Positions 49,237 to 59,759 of a stretch of 64,000 nucleotides of DNA are shown piece after piece. Position numbers and translations under genes: made by a program. Origin of the DNA: Chitinivibrionales bacterium (GTDB lineage Bacteria; Fibrobacterota; Chitinivibrionia; Chitinivibrionales; WJKA01); NCBI GenBank assembly GCA_038247415.1, contig JBBRUX010000013.1, positions 1 to 64,000 on the forward strand, given 5' to 3'. Within the stretch, counting starts at the first letter, position 1; each line of letters starts with the position of its first letter. The notes beneath the pieces were generated by a model. That model was not told the DNA's origin. It saw only the letters and a list, made by a program, of their open reading frames with translations, and did no database searches.

Positions 49237-50340
49237 CTACATTCCCTCCACAAGCGCCCGAATTTCTTTTTCGCTCTCGTCAATCATCTGTTCCATACTG
49301 AATTTTCTTGTCACGGTCTGATAGCCCGCCTCGCCAAGACGCTGCATATCTGTAGGATCTGCTATCAATGCTGCCGTTTTTTCGGCAAGCATGGTGATAT
49401 TCTCGAAGGGAATTAGTATCCCATTCTCTCCCTCAGCGATTACCTCATATACTCCCGATATGTCAAATGAAACGACAGGCTTTTTTGCAGCCATTGCCTC
49501 AAGCATGGTATTGGGGATACCTTCGGAACGAGACGTTAGCCAGAAGAGATCTGCGGCCTGCACAAAATCTGGAATGTCGGATCGGAACCCGGCAAAAATA
49601 ACGTGCTCAGAAACGTTGTTTTCTTGTGCCAACTTTTCAAGCTCTCCGGCATCTCCACCGCCAACCAGAACAAGTTTTGCGCGCAGATTTTCCTTAATAA
49701 GAAGCGCCATTGCTTTGATGGCGTAATCAAATCCTTTTTGCGGAGCAAGCCTTCCAATACCCATAATACAAATGTCAGATTCTTGTAAACCAATGACGTG
49801 TCGCGCATTTATTCGTAGTGTATCGGAAAGTGCACTAGGTTGAACGCCAACATACACAACACGACATTTTTTTTTGTCGAATTGCGGGGTTAATGCCAAT
49901 ACATCGATAATCATTTTTGTCACCACGAATACCCTGTCAAAGAAGTAGCAAAAAGCAATTTTATTGCGCAGATTATGCAGGGGGCGATCGATTCCGAACA
50001 TGCCAATAACCCTGGTTTGCCACCCTGCTTTTGCTGCGAGACCAGCAAGCACATATTCCCTCTGTTTAGAAGGCATAACAACCTGAATATTCTTAAACAG
50101 AAAAAAGAACCACAAGTGCACAAGTGTGAGAATATCAACATTATTTGCATAAGGAGATTTTACAAAACAAACATTGCCGTGTTGTTTATGAGAATCGAAA
50201 AGATTTCCCTTGCATCCAAAGTACACACTATGCCCCCGCGCAGCCAAGCCGTATGCGGTAAAAAGGGCCCACTTTTCGGTACCTCCCCACTCCCGAGCAG
50301 AATTTATTATCATGATTTTGAGCGGTTTTGAAATATTCAT
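49237..50340 (-). CDS. Glycosyltransferase family 4
   Basis: WGGTEKW, GRLAPQKG, SRSEGIPNTMLEAMA. Confidence 0.9.
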   Translation of the reverse strand: MNISKPLKIMIINSAREWGGTEKWALFTAYGLAARGHSVYFGCKGNLFDSHKQHGNVCFVKSPYANNVDILTLVHLWFFFLFKNIQVVMPSKQREYVLAGLAAKAGWQTRVIGMFGIDRPLHNLRNKIAFCYFFDRVFVVTKMIIDVLALTPQFDKKKCRVVYVGVQPSALSDTLRINARHVIGLQESDICIMGIGRLAPQKGFDYAIKAMALLIKENLRAKLVLVGGGDAGELEKLAQENNVSEHVIFAGFRSDIPDFVQAADLFWLTSRSEGIPNTMLEAMAAKKPVVSFDISGVYEVIAEGENGILIPFENITMLAEKTAALIADPTDMQRLGEAGYQTVTRKFSMEQMIDESEKEIRALVEGM

Positions 50341-50358
50341 AGCGTATTTATAATTCCA

Positions 50359-51453
50359 TCATACTGGTTTGCAAAAAAGAGTTTCTACCGAATCAACCAT
50401 TGCGTTATTGGTAAAGGATTGTTTCACGCGCTGCAATCCTGCATTTCCAATATGGGCCCTCAGATCAGGATCACCAAGAACTTTCAGAATTTTTTCTGCA
50501 AGCGCCTGCGCGTTTTTAATTGGGACAACATACCCAGTTTCACCGTCACAAATTATTTCGTGAGTTCCACCGGCATCGGCTGCAATAACCGCAGTTCCAA
50601 CAGCCATTGCTTCCAAAACAACATTAGGGAGACCTTCGTCAACCGAACTAAGCACAAAACAATCTGCCGAATACATGAGCTCTTGTAAATTATTATGGTG
50701 ACCAGGAAAATGGACAAATCCGCCAACCCCAAACTCCGCAGCCAGTTTTTTATAAGGCGCCTGGTCTCCCGCGCCAGCAATGATTACGTGTGCTGGGATT
50801 TTTTTAGAATGAACGATTGACAGTGCTTCGATAAGATATTCAAATCCCTTTTGGTAAAACAAGCTACCTGCAGCAAAGATCAGAGGTTGTTGTGCGCTTG
50901 TGCACAGCATGAGAAGTGCACCACGATTCATACGCGCTGTGTCGGGAAACTCAACCCCATTATGAACAACATCAATTCTATTTTGGTCAAGCCATTTGAA
51001 CTGTTTGAATTGATCTTTAATATACTGTGCTGGTGAAATAATGCGATCAACAATGTATCGATATGCCATTCTGTAGCGCCACTTTTCATACATGAGACAC
51101 AAGCCTTTGCGGACGTAAATCAATGGCACTCCCGCTATTTTTGCCGCGATACCTCCAAGCCTAACATCCTTTTCGAAATTGCAGCAGAGAACATCGGGCT
51201 TATGATGTTTAAAGTACACAATCAGGGGAATTATTATGCGCAGATCAAAATCTCCATGAATTGGCATTTCTTTAATTGACAGACCACGGGCATGCGCCTT
51301 GGAAAGCCATAGCGCTTTTTTTTTGCCGATACAGGTAATCGTATGACCCCGCCCAGCCAAACCTGCGGCTGCATTTACCATCCACTTTTCTCCACCCCGC
51401 CACACATCGGCGCCAATGGAGTTCATAAAAACTATCTTTTTTGAAGTTGACAT
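50359..51453 (-). CDS. Glycosyltransferase family 4
   Basis: WRGGEKW, QKGFEYL, EGLPNVVLEAMA. Confidence 0.9.
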   Translation of the reverse strand: MSTSKKIVFMNSIGADVWRGGEKWMVNAAAGLAGRGHTITCIGKKKALWLSKAHARGLSIKEMPIHGDFDLRIIIPLIVYFKHHKPDVLCCNFEKDVRLGGIAAKIAGVPLIYVRKGLCLMYEKWRYRMAYRYIVDRIISPAQYIKDQFKQFKWLDQNRIDVVHNGVEFPDTARMNRGALLMLCTSAQQPLIFAAGSLFYQKGFEYLIEALSIVHSKKIPAHVIIAGAGDQAPYKKLAAEFGVGGFVHFPGHHNNLQELMYSADCFVLSSVDEGLPNVVLEAMAVGTAVIAADAGGTHEIICDGETGYVVPIKNAQALAEKILKVLGDPDLRAHIGNAGLQRVKQSFTNNAMVDSVETLFCKPV

Positions 51454-51458
51454 ATATG

Positions 51459-52409
51459 TTACCTTATGATCTCTTCTGCAAAAGTTCTAATAGCTACCGC
51501 AGAGAGTGATTTCATGCATTTATATTTGTCAACAAGAGGGCATACACGTTTAAAGCAGGGCGAGCAGTCAACATTCGCGTGTGCTATGCGCACCTTATTT
51601 CCCAAAGGTCGCGTCCAAGCAGGAGATGTAGATCCAAAGATACCAACAACTGGTGTTCCAACATACGCTGCAACATGCATAAGCCCAGAATCGTTAGAGA
51701 TCACCACGCGCGCCTCCGCAAGAATCTTAATTGCTTCATCCAACGATGTTTTTCCAACAAGGCAATTAATTCTTGCTGGGTCAATATTGGCCAAAGCTTC
51801 TCCCAGTTCACAATCCTTGGCATCGCCAAGTATCGTGAATTTTGCTTTGCTCCACAGTGTAAGTAGTTCTGCATATCCCGTCCATTGCTTTGCAGGTCCA
51901 TACGCTGCCCCAATGCAGATTACTACTGAATTGGTTTGTGTGCTATCAATAAGGCGTGAACTACCATTCGCATCGGGAGGAGAAATAAAAGGAATGCCCA
52001 GCACCTGTGAATATTCATACGTTACGTGATTTTGGCGGGTCAAACCCTTTGGCGAAATTGATTCTGTCAACAAAAGATCCCTCAGTTGCCCACGCACACC
52101 CCGTCGTACCGAAATAGTCGACAAAAACCCGAGCCACGCAGCAGAGAAAGACCTGGGCAGGATATATAATTCATCGCACGTATGTGCACGTATCTCACGG
52201 AGGCTTGTGCGAAATGCTGATTGCGGATGCTTTACAAAACTCACGATGGGAAGGGTTGAAATAGACCGGGCAAGAAGCTCGAGTTTTTTTGGCACAATAA
52301 GAATGACACTACACGTATCATGAGCACCTTTTTGATTGACAACAGAAAGCGCCATCACGAAATCGCCGATCCAATTTGGCATGAGTATGGCAATTTTTTT
52401 CATAGACAA
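51459..52409 (-). CDS. waaF: Lipopolysaccharide heptosyltransferase II
   Basis: PNWIGDFVM, GAAYGPAKQW, SNDSGLMHVAA, FGSTSP, CSPCFKRVCP. Confidence 0.88.
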   Translation of the reverse strand: MSMKKIAILMPNWIGDFVMALSVVNQKGAHDTCSVILIVPKKLELLARSISTLPIVSFVKHPQSAFRTSLREIRAHTCDELYILPRSFSAAWLGFLSTISVRRGVRGQLRDLLLTESISPKGLTRQNHVTYEYSQVLGIPFISPPDANGSSRLIDSTQTNSVVICIGAAYGPAKQWTGYAELLTLWSKAKFTILGDAKDCELGEALANIDPARINCLVGKTSLDEAIKILAEARVVISNDSGLMHVAAYVGTPVVGIFGSTSPAWTRPLGNKVRIAHANVDCSPCFKRVCPLVDKYKCMKSLSAVAIRTFAEEIIR

Positions 52410-52593
52410 TTTAGTAAATCCATACGAAACATTTCGATCGATATTTTTGGCCCTTTAATCGTTTCCATCAGCACTCCACATCCATAAAACCGTATGATTT
52501 CTAGAATGCCAACCTACTTTTTTCCTGAAAATACACGCCGACAGAAATATCATTGCCAGAAGCAAAACCAACACTTTTGCCGCGAATATCGTA

Positions 52594-52986
52594 TTACATG
52601 GTAATCCTTGTTTCTGATTCGGTTCGCCGTGCAACCGTAACAACATGCTTTGTTGCAGAAAGCCCTGTGGCCAGCGAGTAGGTATCGATACTCGGTTTTG
52701 CAATAAAGTACTTGGTAAAAACTCCATCAACGAAAACGTTATATGCACTGGAATCGGCTTGCTCATGCAAAAGCACCGAACAGCTCGTTCCGGTAAATGA
52801 TACATCGAAATAAACGCCATTCCAATTGAAGCGGATCGCATCGGGATTAGTAGCATCTGTTCGCCCACCGATATTCACCGATGGATCTGCGGGAGAAACG
52901 CTTACGAAAGCACTTACCGGAAGAATGCAGAGACTAATAATCACACTAATTTTATGCAAACCACCAAGCAGCACATGATTGCGCAT
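52594..52986 (-). pseudogene. Truncated carbohydrate esterase family 2 (N-terminal jelly-roll domain only)
   Basis: Signal peptide + GRT...FNWNG...FTGT...VFVDG...LATGL...HVVTVARRTE, then a stop; no SGNH (GDS) domain follows. Confidence 0.55.
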
Positions 52987-53181
52987 TGGAAATCTCCTTC
53001 TGATTGTAATTGATCCTCGAAAGTATACAGCCTCTAAACTAGCATCACTATTTGCTACGAACAAGCTACCTAATTGCTTACAATTTAATCCTGTCTAAAA
53101 TAGATCCCGCATTAAAATCGATTTATTCTTGTGATACCGTAATAAAGAATGTATCTTTAACTTTCAATTTGGGGCAACGAC

Positions 53182-53205
53182 AACGGGCTTTTTGGCCCGT
53201 TTTTC
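53182..53205 (+). promoter_or_regulatory. rimP leader attenuator-like hairpin
   Basis: AACGGGC-TTTTTG-GCCCGTT followed by T's, about 70 nt upstream of rimP. Confidence 0.6.
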
Positions 53206-53271
53206 ATATCAGGCCTGTTGTGTTGTTTAATAAGGCCTTCTTTTTAAATATACTGATTATGGAGTGATCCG

Positions 53272-53730
53272 ATGTCATCACTTGAGCATATTACACCAAT
53301 TCTCGAAGCCAAACTGGCTGCAATGGGCTACGATTTATTTGATCTCAAATATGTGAATGCCGGGCCACGATCTGTGCTACGGGTGTGTATCGATAAACCA
53401 GGTGGTATTAGTGTTACCGACTGCGAGAATGTATCAAGCACATTGTCAACCATTCTTGACCTCGAAAACTTTTCTGTGCAGCACTACACGCTCGAAGTTT
53501 CGTCGCCGGGGCTTGATAGGCCTCTTATTCGAGCAAAGGATTTTGCCCGTGTTATAGGACAAACTATAAAGCTCGTTCTTAAATCTGAAGCCGAACACCC
53601 CGTAAAAACGCTTGTTGGCCTTCTCAAAGCAGTTGAAAATGAATCTGTCATTCTGGAAATCGATACGCAAGCAACTACCTTTTTGTTAACCGATGTTGCT
53701 CACGGCAAAGTAGAAATAACTTTTTCATAA
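53272..53730 (+). CDS. rimP: Ribosome maturation factor RimP
   Basis: LRVCIDKPGG...DCE, YTLEVSSPGLDRPL. Confidence 0.95.
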   Translation: MSSLEHITPILEAKLAAMGYDLFDLKYVNAGPRSVLRVCIDKPGGISVTDCENVSSTLSTILDLENFSVQHYTLEVSSPGLDRPLIRAKDFARVIGQTIKLVLKSEAEHPVKTLVGLLKAVENESVILEIDTQATTFLLTDVAHGKVEITFS

Positions 53731-53758
53731 ACCGGTTCGTGCCAAAGGATCTTTTATC

Positions 53759-54928
53759 ATGAAGAAAAAAATTAAGAGCGAAGATGTGCGTGGGCTCGAC
53801 ATTGCAGCAGCCATTTCCAGTGTCAACAAAGAGAAGAGCATAAGTGTAGACCTTGTGCTGGATTGTCTTAAAGACGCATTGGCCACTGCAGCAAAGCGCT
53901 ACCTTGGCCGACCAGTTCATGTAGAAGTTAAAGTCGACCGTGAAAAAGGAATCATTGAAGTTTTTACCCAACAGATCGTTGTTGACAATATCGAAGTTCT
54001 CGAAGACGAAGAAAAGCAAATCAGGCTCACCGATGCAAAAGCCATCGACCCAGAACTTGAAATCGGCGACGAACTCATGCAAGACCTCGATATCGCACTG
54101 TTTGGCCGCAATGCCATAAGTTCTGCAAAACAAATTATCATGCAGCGTGTACGCGAAGCAGAACGGGACAGGATCTTTGCAGATTATTCCGAACGTCTGG
54201 GCGAATTGGTAACCGGCACCGTTCAACAAATCGATAAAGGTAATGTGCTTGTCAACCTGGGTCGAACCGAAGCGATTATGCCCTACCGCGAACAGATCCG
54301 TCGCGAACGCTATCGCCAGGGCGATACTATCAGAGCATCGATTCTCGAAGTCAAAGACAACGCAAAAGGCCCTCAGGTTATTGTTTCCCGCACCTCTCCA
54401 GAATTTCTTGCACGGCTTTTTGAAATTGAAGTTCCAGAAATTTTTGATAAAACAGTCAAGATTGTCAAAGTTGTTCGAGATCCAGGCCACCGATCTAAAA
54501 TTGCGGTAACAACAACCGACGAACGCGTTGACCCTGTTGGAGCATGCGTTGGTATGCGTGGTAACCGCGTACAGGCCATTGTTCGCGAACTCTCAAATGA
54601 ACGTATCGATATCATCAATTGGACCACAGAGCTTTCGCTTCTGGTTCGTCGTGTTTTTTCTCCTGCAGAGGTCAAGCGCGTCCATCCTGTTGGCGAGAAA
54701 AAAGTAATTGTACTTATTAAAGAAGAAGACCTTGCTCAAGCCATTGGCAAAGAAGGTCAGAATATTCGTTTAGCAAGCCGCCTTATCGACAAAGAAATCG
54801 ATGTGTATGGCGACGAAGAATTTGGTGCAATGAGCGATGAAGACAAAGCAGCAGCTCTGGGCGAACCGCTTATCGTATCTGCCGAATCTGGCGAAGAAAC
54901 AGTTGCAACAGAGGAGTCTATCTCGTAA
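53759..54928 (+). CDS. nusA: Transcription factor NusA
   Basis: FGRNAISSAKQ, EVPEI, DPVGACVGMRG, AIGKEGQNIRLA. Confidence 0.97.
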   Translation: MKKKIKSEDVRGLDIAAAISSVNKEKSISVDLVLDCLKDALATAAKRYLGRPVHVEVKVDREKGIIEVFTQQIVVDNIEVLEDEEKQIRLTDAKAIDPELEIGDELMQDLDIALFGRNAISSAKQIIMQRVREAERDRIFADYSERLGELVTGTVQQIDKGNVLVNLGRTEAIMPYREQIRRERYRQGDTIRASILEVKDNAKGPQVIVSRTSPEFLARLFEIEVPEIFDKTVKIVKVVRDPGHRSKIAVTTTDERVDPVGACVGMRGNRVQAIVRELSNERIDIINWTTELSLLVRRVFSPAEVKRVHPVGEKKVIVLIKEEDLAQAIGKEGQNIRLASRLIDKEIDVYGDEEFGAMSDEDKAAALGEPLIVSAESGEETVATEESIS

Positions 54929-54991
54929 CTTTTAGGGTTTATGCTCATGTACGAATAGGCAATTCATTTCCTCTTAATCAAAGGTTTACAC

Positions 54992-57499
54992 ATGGCTAAA
55001 GAGAAAGTATACAAGCTGGCTCAGGAGTTTAAGGTCTCTAGCGAGGCATTGGTGCAGCTATTGCGTACCATGGGCATTCCTGTCAAAAGCCATATGAGTA
55101 CTGTTGACGAAACTCTGCGCGATGAAATCAAGCGCAAATTCGAGACAGAACGCGCCGAAATTAAAAAAGAATACGATCGCAAAAAACTCCTCCTTGCTAA
55201 AAAAAGAGAAGAAAGTGCGCCCGTTCCCGAGAAAAAAGAAGAACCGCCAAAACAAGAGACCCACGCGCCAGCAGCGAACGGTGCTCCAGCATCACAGCCG
55301 CATACACCACATCCTCATTCGCCGCATAGCTCCTCGGGACCCGTGCCATCTCCTCAACCTTATAGGCCATCGTTTGCGCCACCAAGCAACCAGCCGCAAG
55401 CAGCACCGGGAGCGCCTCGTCCTGCATACGAAGGCTCACGACCAATTCGACGTACCAGCCAAACCTACGATAGTTCTTCGCTGCGGGTCGGGTTCATTAA
55501 TGGCCCTGTTGCAGCAGTTGCTTCTACGGTAACATCGGAACGTCCCGAAAAATCTGCTGAGGGTACTAATTCTTTTCATAAAGGAAAGAAGAAGGGAAAC
55601 AAGAAAAAGACTACTCGTCCTGAAGTTGACGCATTTGAGCTGAAAAATAATGTCAAAAAGACCCTTGCTAAAATTGGCGCAGGGTCGACACGCAAAAAGT
55701 ATAAAAAAGATAGCTCGGCTCCCGACGAAGAAGATACAGAAGAGAAAAAGAACCTGAATGTTTCTGAGTTTGTTACCGCAGCTGAATTTGCCAACATGAT
55801 TCAACAGCCGATTGCACAGGTTATTGCAAAATGCCTTGAACTCGGTCTGTTTGTAACAATCAATCATCGCCTCGACTTCGAAACTATCGAACTTCTTGCC
55901 GATGAATTTGGGTTTGCAGCGAGCCTCATGGATGAATACGCTGCAGAAGAAGAAGAACCAAGCACCGAAGAAAATATTGGCACCCTAGAACCTCGCGCAC
56001 CCATTGTTACTATTATGGGTCACGTCGACCATGGAAAAACTTCATTACTGGATTATGTCCGCAAAACAAATGTTATTGCCGGTGAAGCTGGTGGCATTAC
56101 ACAGCATATTGCTGCCTACGAAATTCATACCCCCCGCGGACCCGTTACATTTCTTGACACTCCCGGTCACGAAGCCTTTACCGCTATGCGTGCCCGTGGA
56201 TCTCAGGTAACAGACGTTATTGTTCTCGTTGTGGCGGCCGATTCTGGTGTTATGCCGCAAACCAAAGAAGCTATCGATCATGCGCGTGCTGCAAACGTGC
56301 CTATTGTTGTGGCAATCAATAAAATAGATCTTCCTGTTGCCAACCCCGAAAAAGTCAAGTCGGAACTTGCTAATTTCGGCGTTGTCGTAGAAGAATACGG
56401 TGGGCATGTTGCTTGTGTTGAAATTTCTGCACGCACCGGGCTTGGAATGGACAAGCTTTTAGAACGGCTTGCCCTCGAAACCGAAATGCTCGAACTCAAA
56501 GCCTCTAAATCGGGTACTGCATCGGGAGTTATTGTCGAGTCGGAACTCGATAAAGGCAAAGGCTCCATTGCAACAGTTCTTATACAAAAAGGAACCCTTC
56601 GTAAAGGCGATTCGTTCATTACAGGTATCCATTTTGGCCGTGTCCGTGATTTATACAACGAACGTGGACAATCTGTTGATTCTGCTGGTCCTTCTCAGCC
56701 TGTTGTTGTGCTTGGTCTTTCTGGAACACCCCAGGCAGGAGATTCCTTTAAGGTTGTAGGCGAAGAAAAAGATGCTCGCGAAATTAGTGCTCGCAGAAGA
56801 CTTGCACAAAAAGAACGCGAAATGCGTCGCATTGGCTCGGTATCACTCGATCATTTGTACGAGCAGATCAAAGCGGGTAAAGTCCAGTCGCTTAACCTTA
56901 TTATTAAGGGCGACGTAGATGGCTCTGTTGAGGCTCTTGCCGAAGCGTGTTCAAAATTTAGTAACGAAGAAATTCGTGTTAATGTAATCCATAAGAGTGT
57001 GGGTGCCATTAAAGAAGCCGATATTATGCTCGCTGCTGCAAGTAAAGCAATTATCATTGGTTTCCACCTAAGCCCCAACACAAAAATTCGTGAATTAGCG
57101 CGTCGTGAAGGCGTTGACATTCGCACATTTAGAATCATCTATGAAGCCATCGATGCCATTAAAAAATCGATGGAAGGTATGCTTGCACCAGAAATCAAGG
57201 AAAACATTACTGCAACGGTTGAAATTCGTGCAGTCTTTAAAATCACAAAGGTTGGTATGGTTGCTGGCTGTATGGTTCAAAGCGGCACGGTTCATCGTGG
57301 ATCCAAAGCACGACTTATCCGTGAGGACATCGAAATTATCGACACAAAAATTGGAACGCTTCGTCGTGAAAAAGATGATGCCCGTGAAGTTGCAGCCGGA
57401 TACGAATGCGGCATAACACTCGATCAATTTACCGACTACAAAGAAGGTGATCGCATCGAAGTATACGAAGAAGTTAAAATTGCAAGAAAGCTGAGCTGA
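54992..57499 (+). CDS. infB: Translation initiation factor IF-2
   Basis: MGHVDHGKTSLLD, DTPGHEAFTAMRARG, NKID, GYECG. Confidence 0.98.
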   Translation: MAKEKVYKLAQEFKVSSEALVQLLRTMGIPVKSHMSTVDETLRDEIKRKFETERAEIKKEYDRKKLLLAKKREESAPVPEKKEEPPKQETHAPAANGAPASQPHTPHPHSPHSSSGPVPSPQPYRPSFAPPSNQPQAAPGAPRPAYEGSRPIRRTSQTYDSSSLRVGFINGPVAAVASTVTSERPEKSAEGTNSFHKGKKKGNKKKTTRPEVDAFELKNNVKKTLAKIGAGSTRKKYKKDSSAPDEEDTEEKKNLNVSEFVTAAEFANMIQQPIAQVIAKCLELGLFVTINHRLDFETIELLADEFGFAASLMDEYAAEEEEPSTEENIGTLEPRAPIVTIMGHVDHGKTSLLDYVRKTNVIAGEAGGITQHIAAYEIHTPRGPVTFLDTPGHEAFTAMRARGSQVTDVIVLVVAADSGVMPQTKEAIDHARAANVPIVVAINKIDLPVANPEKVKSELANFGVVVEEYGGHVACVEISARTGLGMDKLLERLALETEMLELKASKSGTASGVIVESELDKGKGSIATVLIQKGTLRKGDSFITGIHFGRVRDLYNERGQSVDSAGPSQPVVVLGLSGTPQAGDSFKVVGEEKDAREISARRRLAQKEREMRRIGSVSLDHLYEQIKAGKVQSLNLIIKGDVDGSVEALAEACSKFSNEEIRVNVIHKSVGAIKEADIMLAAASKAIIIGFHLSPNTKIRELARREGVDIRTFRIIYEAIDAIKKSMEGMLAPEIKENITATVEIRAVFKITKVGMVAGCMVQSGTVHRGSKARLIREDIEIIDTKIGTLRREKDDAREVAAGYECGITLDQFTDYKEGDRIEVYEEVKIARKLS

Positions 57500-57506
57500 T
57501 TGTACT

Positions 57507-57866
57507 ATGCCGGCATCTCCTTTTCATAAAGAGCGCGTTATAGAGCAACTACGACGCGAAATTGGTATGGTGATTCAAAACGACATCAGAGATCCTCGTA
57601 TTCCGTCGGTTGTGACGATTTCCGAGATTCGACTTTCTGATGATCAGCACAATGCAACCATACTGATAAGCGTATTTGGAGAAGAAGAGACTAAACAGCC
57701 AGCTGTTGATGCGCTCAACCATGCAGCTCCTTTTATTCAAAAAGTTGTTGCTGGTCATGTTAAACTCAAAAACTTTCCGCGTTTCCTTTTTAAAATCGAT
57801 ACCGGGGTGGTATACGGTCAGCGGATTGAACAACTGCTCAAAGAAGTAAAAGATGACTTGGCCTGA
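57507..57866 (+). CDS. rbfA: Ribosome-binding factor A
   Basis: IRDPRI, position after infB, PRFLFKID. Confidence 0.93.
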   Translation: MPASPFHKERVIEQLRREIGMVIQNDIRDPRIPSVVTISEIRLSDDQHNATILISVFGEEETKQPAVDALNHAAPFIQKVVAGHVKLKNFPRFLFKIDTGVVYGQRIEQLLKEVKDDLA

Positions 57867-58815
57867 ACTTGATGCGCTTTTTCGCGCCAACCAAACGTAT
57901 CTCATTACCTCGCATCGATCTCTCGATGGAGATTCTGTTGGATCCCAAGTATCCCTTGCCTGGTACCTTCGCCAGCTTGGCAAATCGGTAGTTCTGTATA
58001 ATGCCGATCCCGTCCCAGAAAAATTTCGCTTTCTGCAAGGAGCTAGCGATATTGTCAATGTGCAACACCCAGGATTTTTCGATGTACTTATAGTGCTCGA
58101 TTGTAGCAACCCAGATCGCCTTGGCTGGGACAACATCCTTTCTATTGCAAAAACATGTGTCAACATAGACCACCATCGGGACAATGGCAGATTTGGCAAT
58201 CACAATTTTGTTGATATTGGCGCCGCTGCAACCGGTGAAATTTTAGCCGATTTTCTTCATACGGTGTATGGCACCCTGCCACAAACAACTGCCGAAGCGC
58301 TCTATACGGCCATCATGTCTGATACCGGCGGATTCCGTTTTAGCAACACAAACGATACCGTGCTGCAAGCATGCTCAAGGCTCGCCTTAGAAGGTGCACA
58401 ACCGCACGAACTCTATCGCAAAATTTACGAAACAAAAAGCGTAAACGCATTAAAGCTGTGGGCACAAATCTGGAATACGCTCTCGTTCTATTTCGATGGC
58501 AAACTCTGCGTTCTTTCGCTTAATTTGCCCCTCATCGAACAGATGGGTGCCGTCTACGGAGACACCGAAGGTGCTGCCGATGTTACGGTTCAGGCGCTTG
58601 GTGTTGAAGTTGGCATTTTTATTAAGTACAAAGATAACGAGGCTCATTTTTCGCTCCGATCGCAAGGTCGTGTTGATGTTGGTCGCATGGCTCAAAAAAT
58701 TAAGGGCGGTGGCGGGCATAGTTGTGCAGCAGGATGCACCATGTACCTTCCCTACGAAGAAGCGCATGCTACAATGTTAGAGCTTATTAAAGAAGAGCTG
58801 GATACACTTTCGTGA
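57853..58815 (+). CDS. nrnA: DHH/DHHA1 oligoribonuclease/pAp phosphatase
   Basis: H..LDGDSVGS, IDHH, DTGGFRF, SLRS, GGGH..AAG. Confidence 0.9.
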   Translation: MTWPELDALFRANQTYLITSHRSLDGDSVGSQVSLAWYLRQLGKSVVLYNADPVPEKFRFLQGASDIVNVQHPGFFDVLIVLDCSNPDRLGWDNILSIAKTCVNIDHHRDNGRFGNHNFVDIGAAATGEILADFLHTVYGTLPQTTAEALYTAIMSDTGGFRFSNTNDTVLQACSRLALEGAQPHELYRKIYETKSVNALKLWAQIWNTLSFYFDGKLCVLSLNLPLIEQMGAVYGDTEGAADVTVQALGVEVGIFIKYKDNEAHFSLRSQGRVDVGRMAQKIKGGGGHSCAAGCTMYLPYEEAHATMLELIKEELDTLS

Positions 58816-59735
58816 ATGGATTTGTCCTGATCGATAAGCCAATTGGCCCCACATCGTTTGACATGGTAAAAAAGATTAAGCACATTTACCAAGAAAAAAG
58901 AGTTGGGCATGCAGGAACCCTGGACCCTCTTGCATCAGGTTTGCTCGTAATTGCTCTGGGTAACGCAACGCGACTTCTCCCCTTCTTGCCCGACGAACCA
59001 AAAGCCTATACCTTCACCGTTTACTTTGGAAAATCAACTACTACATTCGATGCAGAAGGTGAGATTACAGACACCGGCGGTACCATGCCTTCTCTGCTCG
59101 AGTTGACTAGTGCGATACAGGGTTTGACAGGAGAAATCGAGCAAACACCTCCACACTTTTCGGCAATCAAGGTGAATGGAAAACGCGCCTACGACCTTGC
59201 ACGCGCAGGAGCAGACTTTTCGCTTGAGTCTCGCACAATTACTATTCACACACTGTCCGTCGAATCGATAGAGCAATCCTGTCAAAGCGCTCAATTCAAG
59301 GTAACCTGCTCTTCGGGAACCTATGTTCGATCTCTCGCAGTATCTATTGCAGAAGCGTGCGATACTATTGGCCATGTAACAAAGCTTCGTCGAACAGCAA
59401 TCGGTATATTTGATGTTGCATCTGCACTATCATTCGATTCTCTTATGGCAGACACTCCCGCTGAACCGCTCTCAGCTTTTTCGATCTTTGGAAGCAGAAA
59501 CGCGTTTTTTCCCAGTGTTTGTGAAATACAGGATCTTATGCACGGTCGTTCCATTGCACATTCCGCTTGTATTACGGTCGACATTTCAACAAAAAATTCA
59601 AGTGTTGGATCTCATTTTTTTGCTTTTGATACTCGTAAAAATCTTCTTGCTGTCCTTAAACAATCGAGCGACGAAACAAGTCGGTTGCAGCCCATTCGTG
59701 TTTTTCAAAATCAACCTACTCAGGCCGTTTCTTAA
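58812..59735 (+). CDS. truB: tRNA pseudouridine(55) synthase
   Basis: GHAGTLDPLASG, SAIKVNGKRAYDLAR, CSSGTYVRSL. Confidence 0.96.
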   Translation: MNGFVLIDKPIGPTSFDMVKKIKHIYQEKRVGHAGTLDPLASGLLVIALGNATRLLPFLPDEPKAYTFTVYFGKSTTTFDAEGEITDTGGTMPSLLELTSAIQGLTGEIEQTPPHFSAIKVNGKRAYDLARAGADFSLESRTITIHTLSVESIEQSCQSAQFKVTCSSGTYVRSLAVSIAEACDTIGHVTKLRRTAIGIFDVASALSFDSLMADTPAEPLSAFSIFGSRNAFFPSVCEIQDLMHGRSIAHSACITVDISTKNSSVGSHFFAFDTRKNLLAVLKQSSDETSRLQPIRVFQNQPTQAVS

Positions 59736-59759
59736 TTTGATATAAGGTGCTTTACTACA

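Noticed and set aside
44974..51324. A9 tracts in three GT4 genes (44974-44982, 49867-49875, 51316-51324) as phase-variation sites
   Set aside because: All genes are in frame, the tracts encode Lys runs, and similar runs occur elsewhere in this AT-rich window; read-level length variation would be needed.
53675..54490. 271-aa antisense ORF over nusA
   Set aside because: Antisense shadow with no recognisable features.
55200..55450. Pro/His-rich low-complexity stretch in infB
   Set aside because: Ordinary variable IF-2 N-terminal linker.
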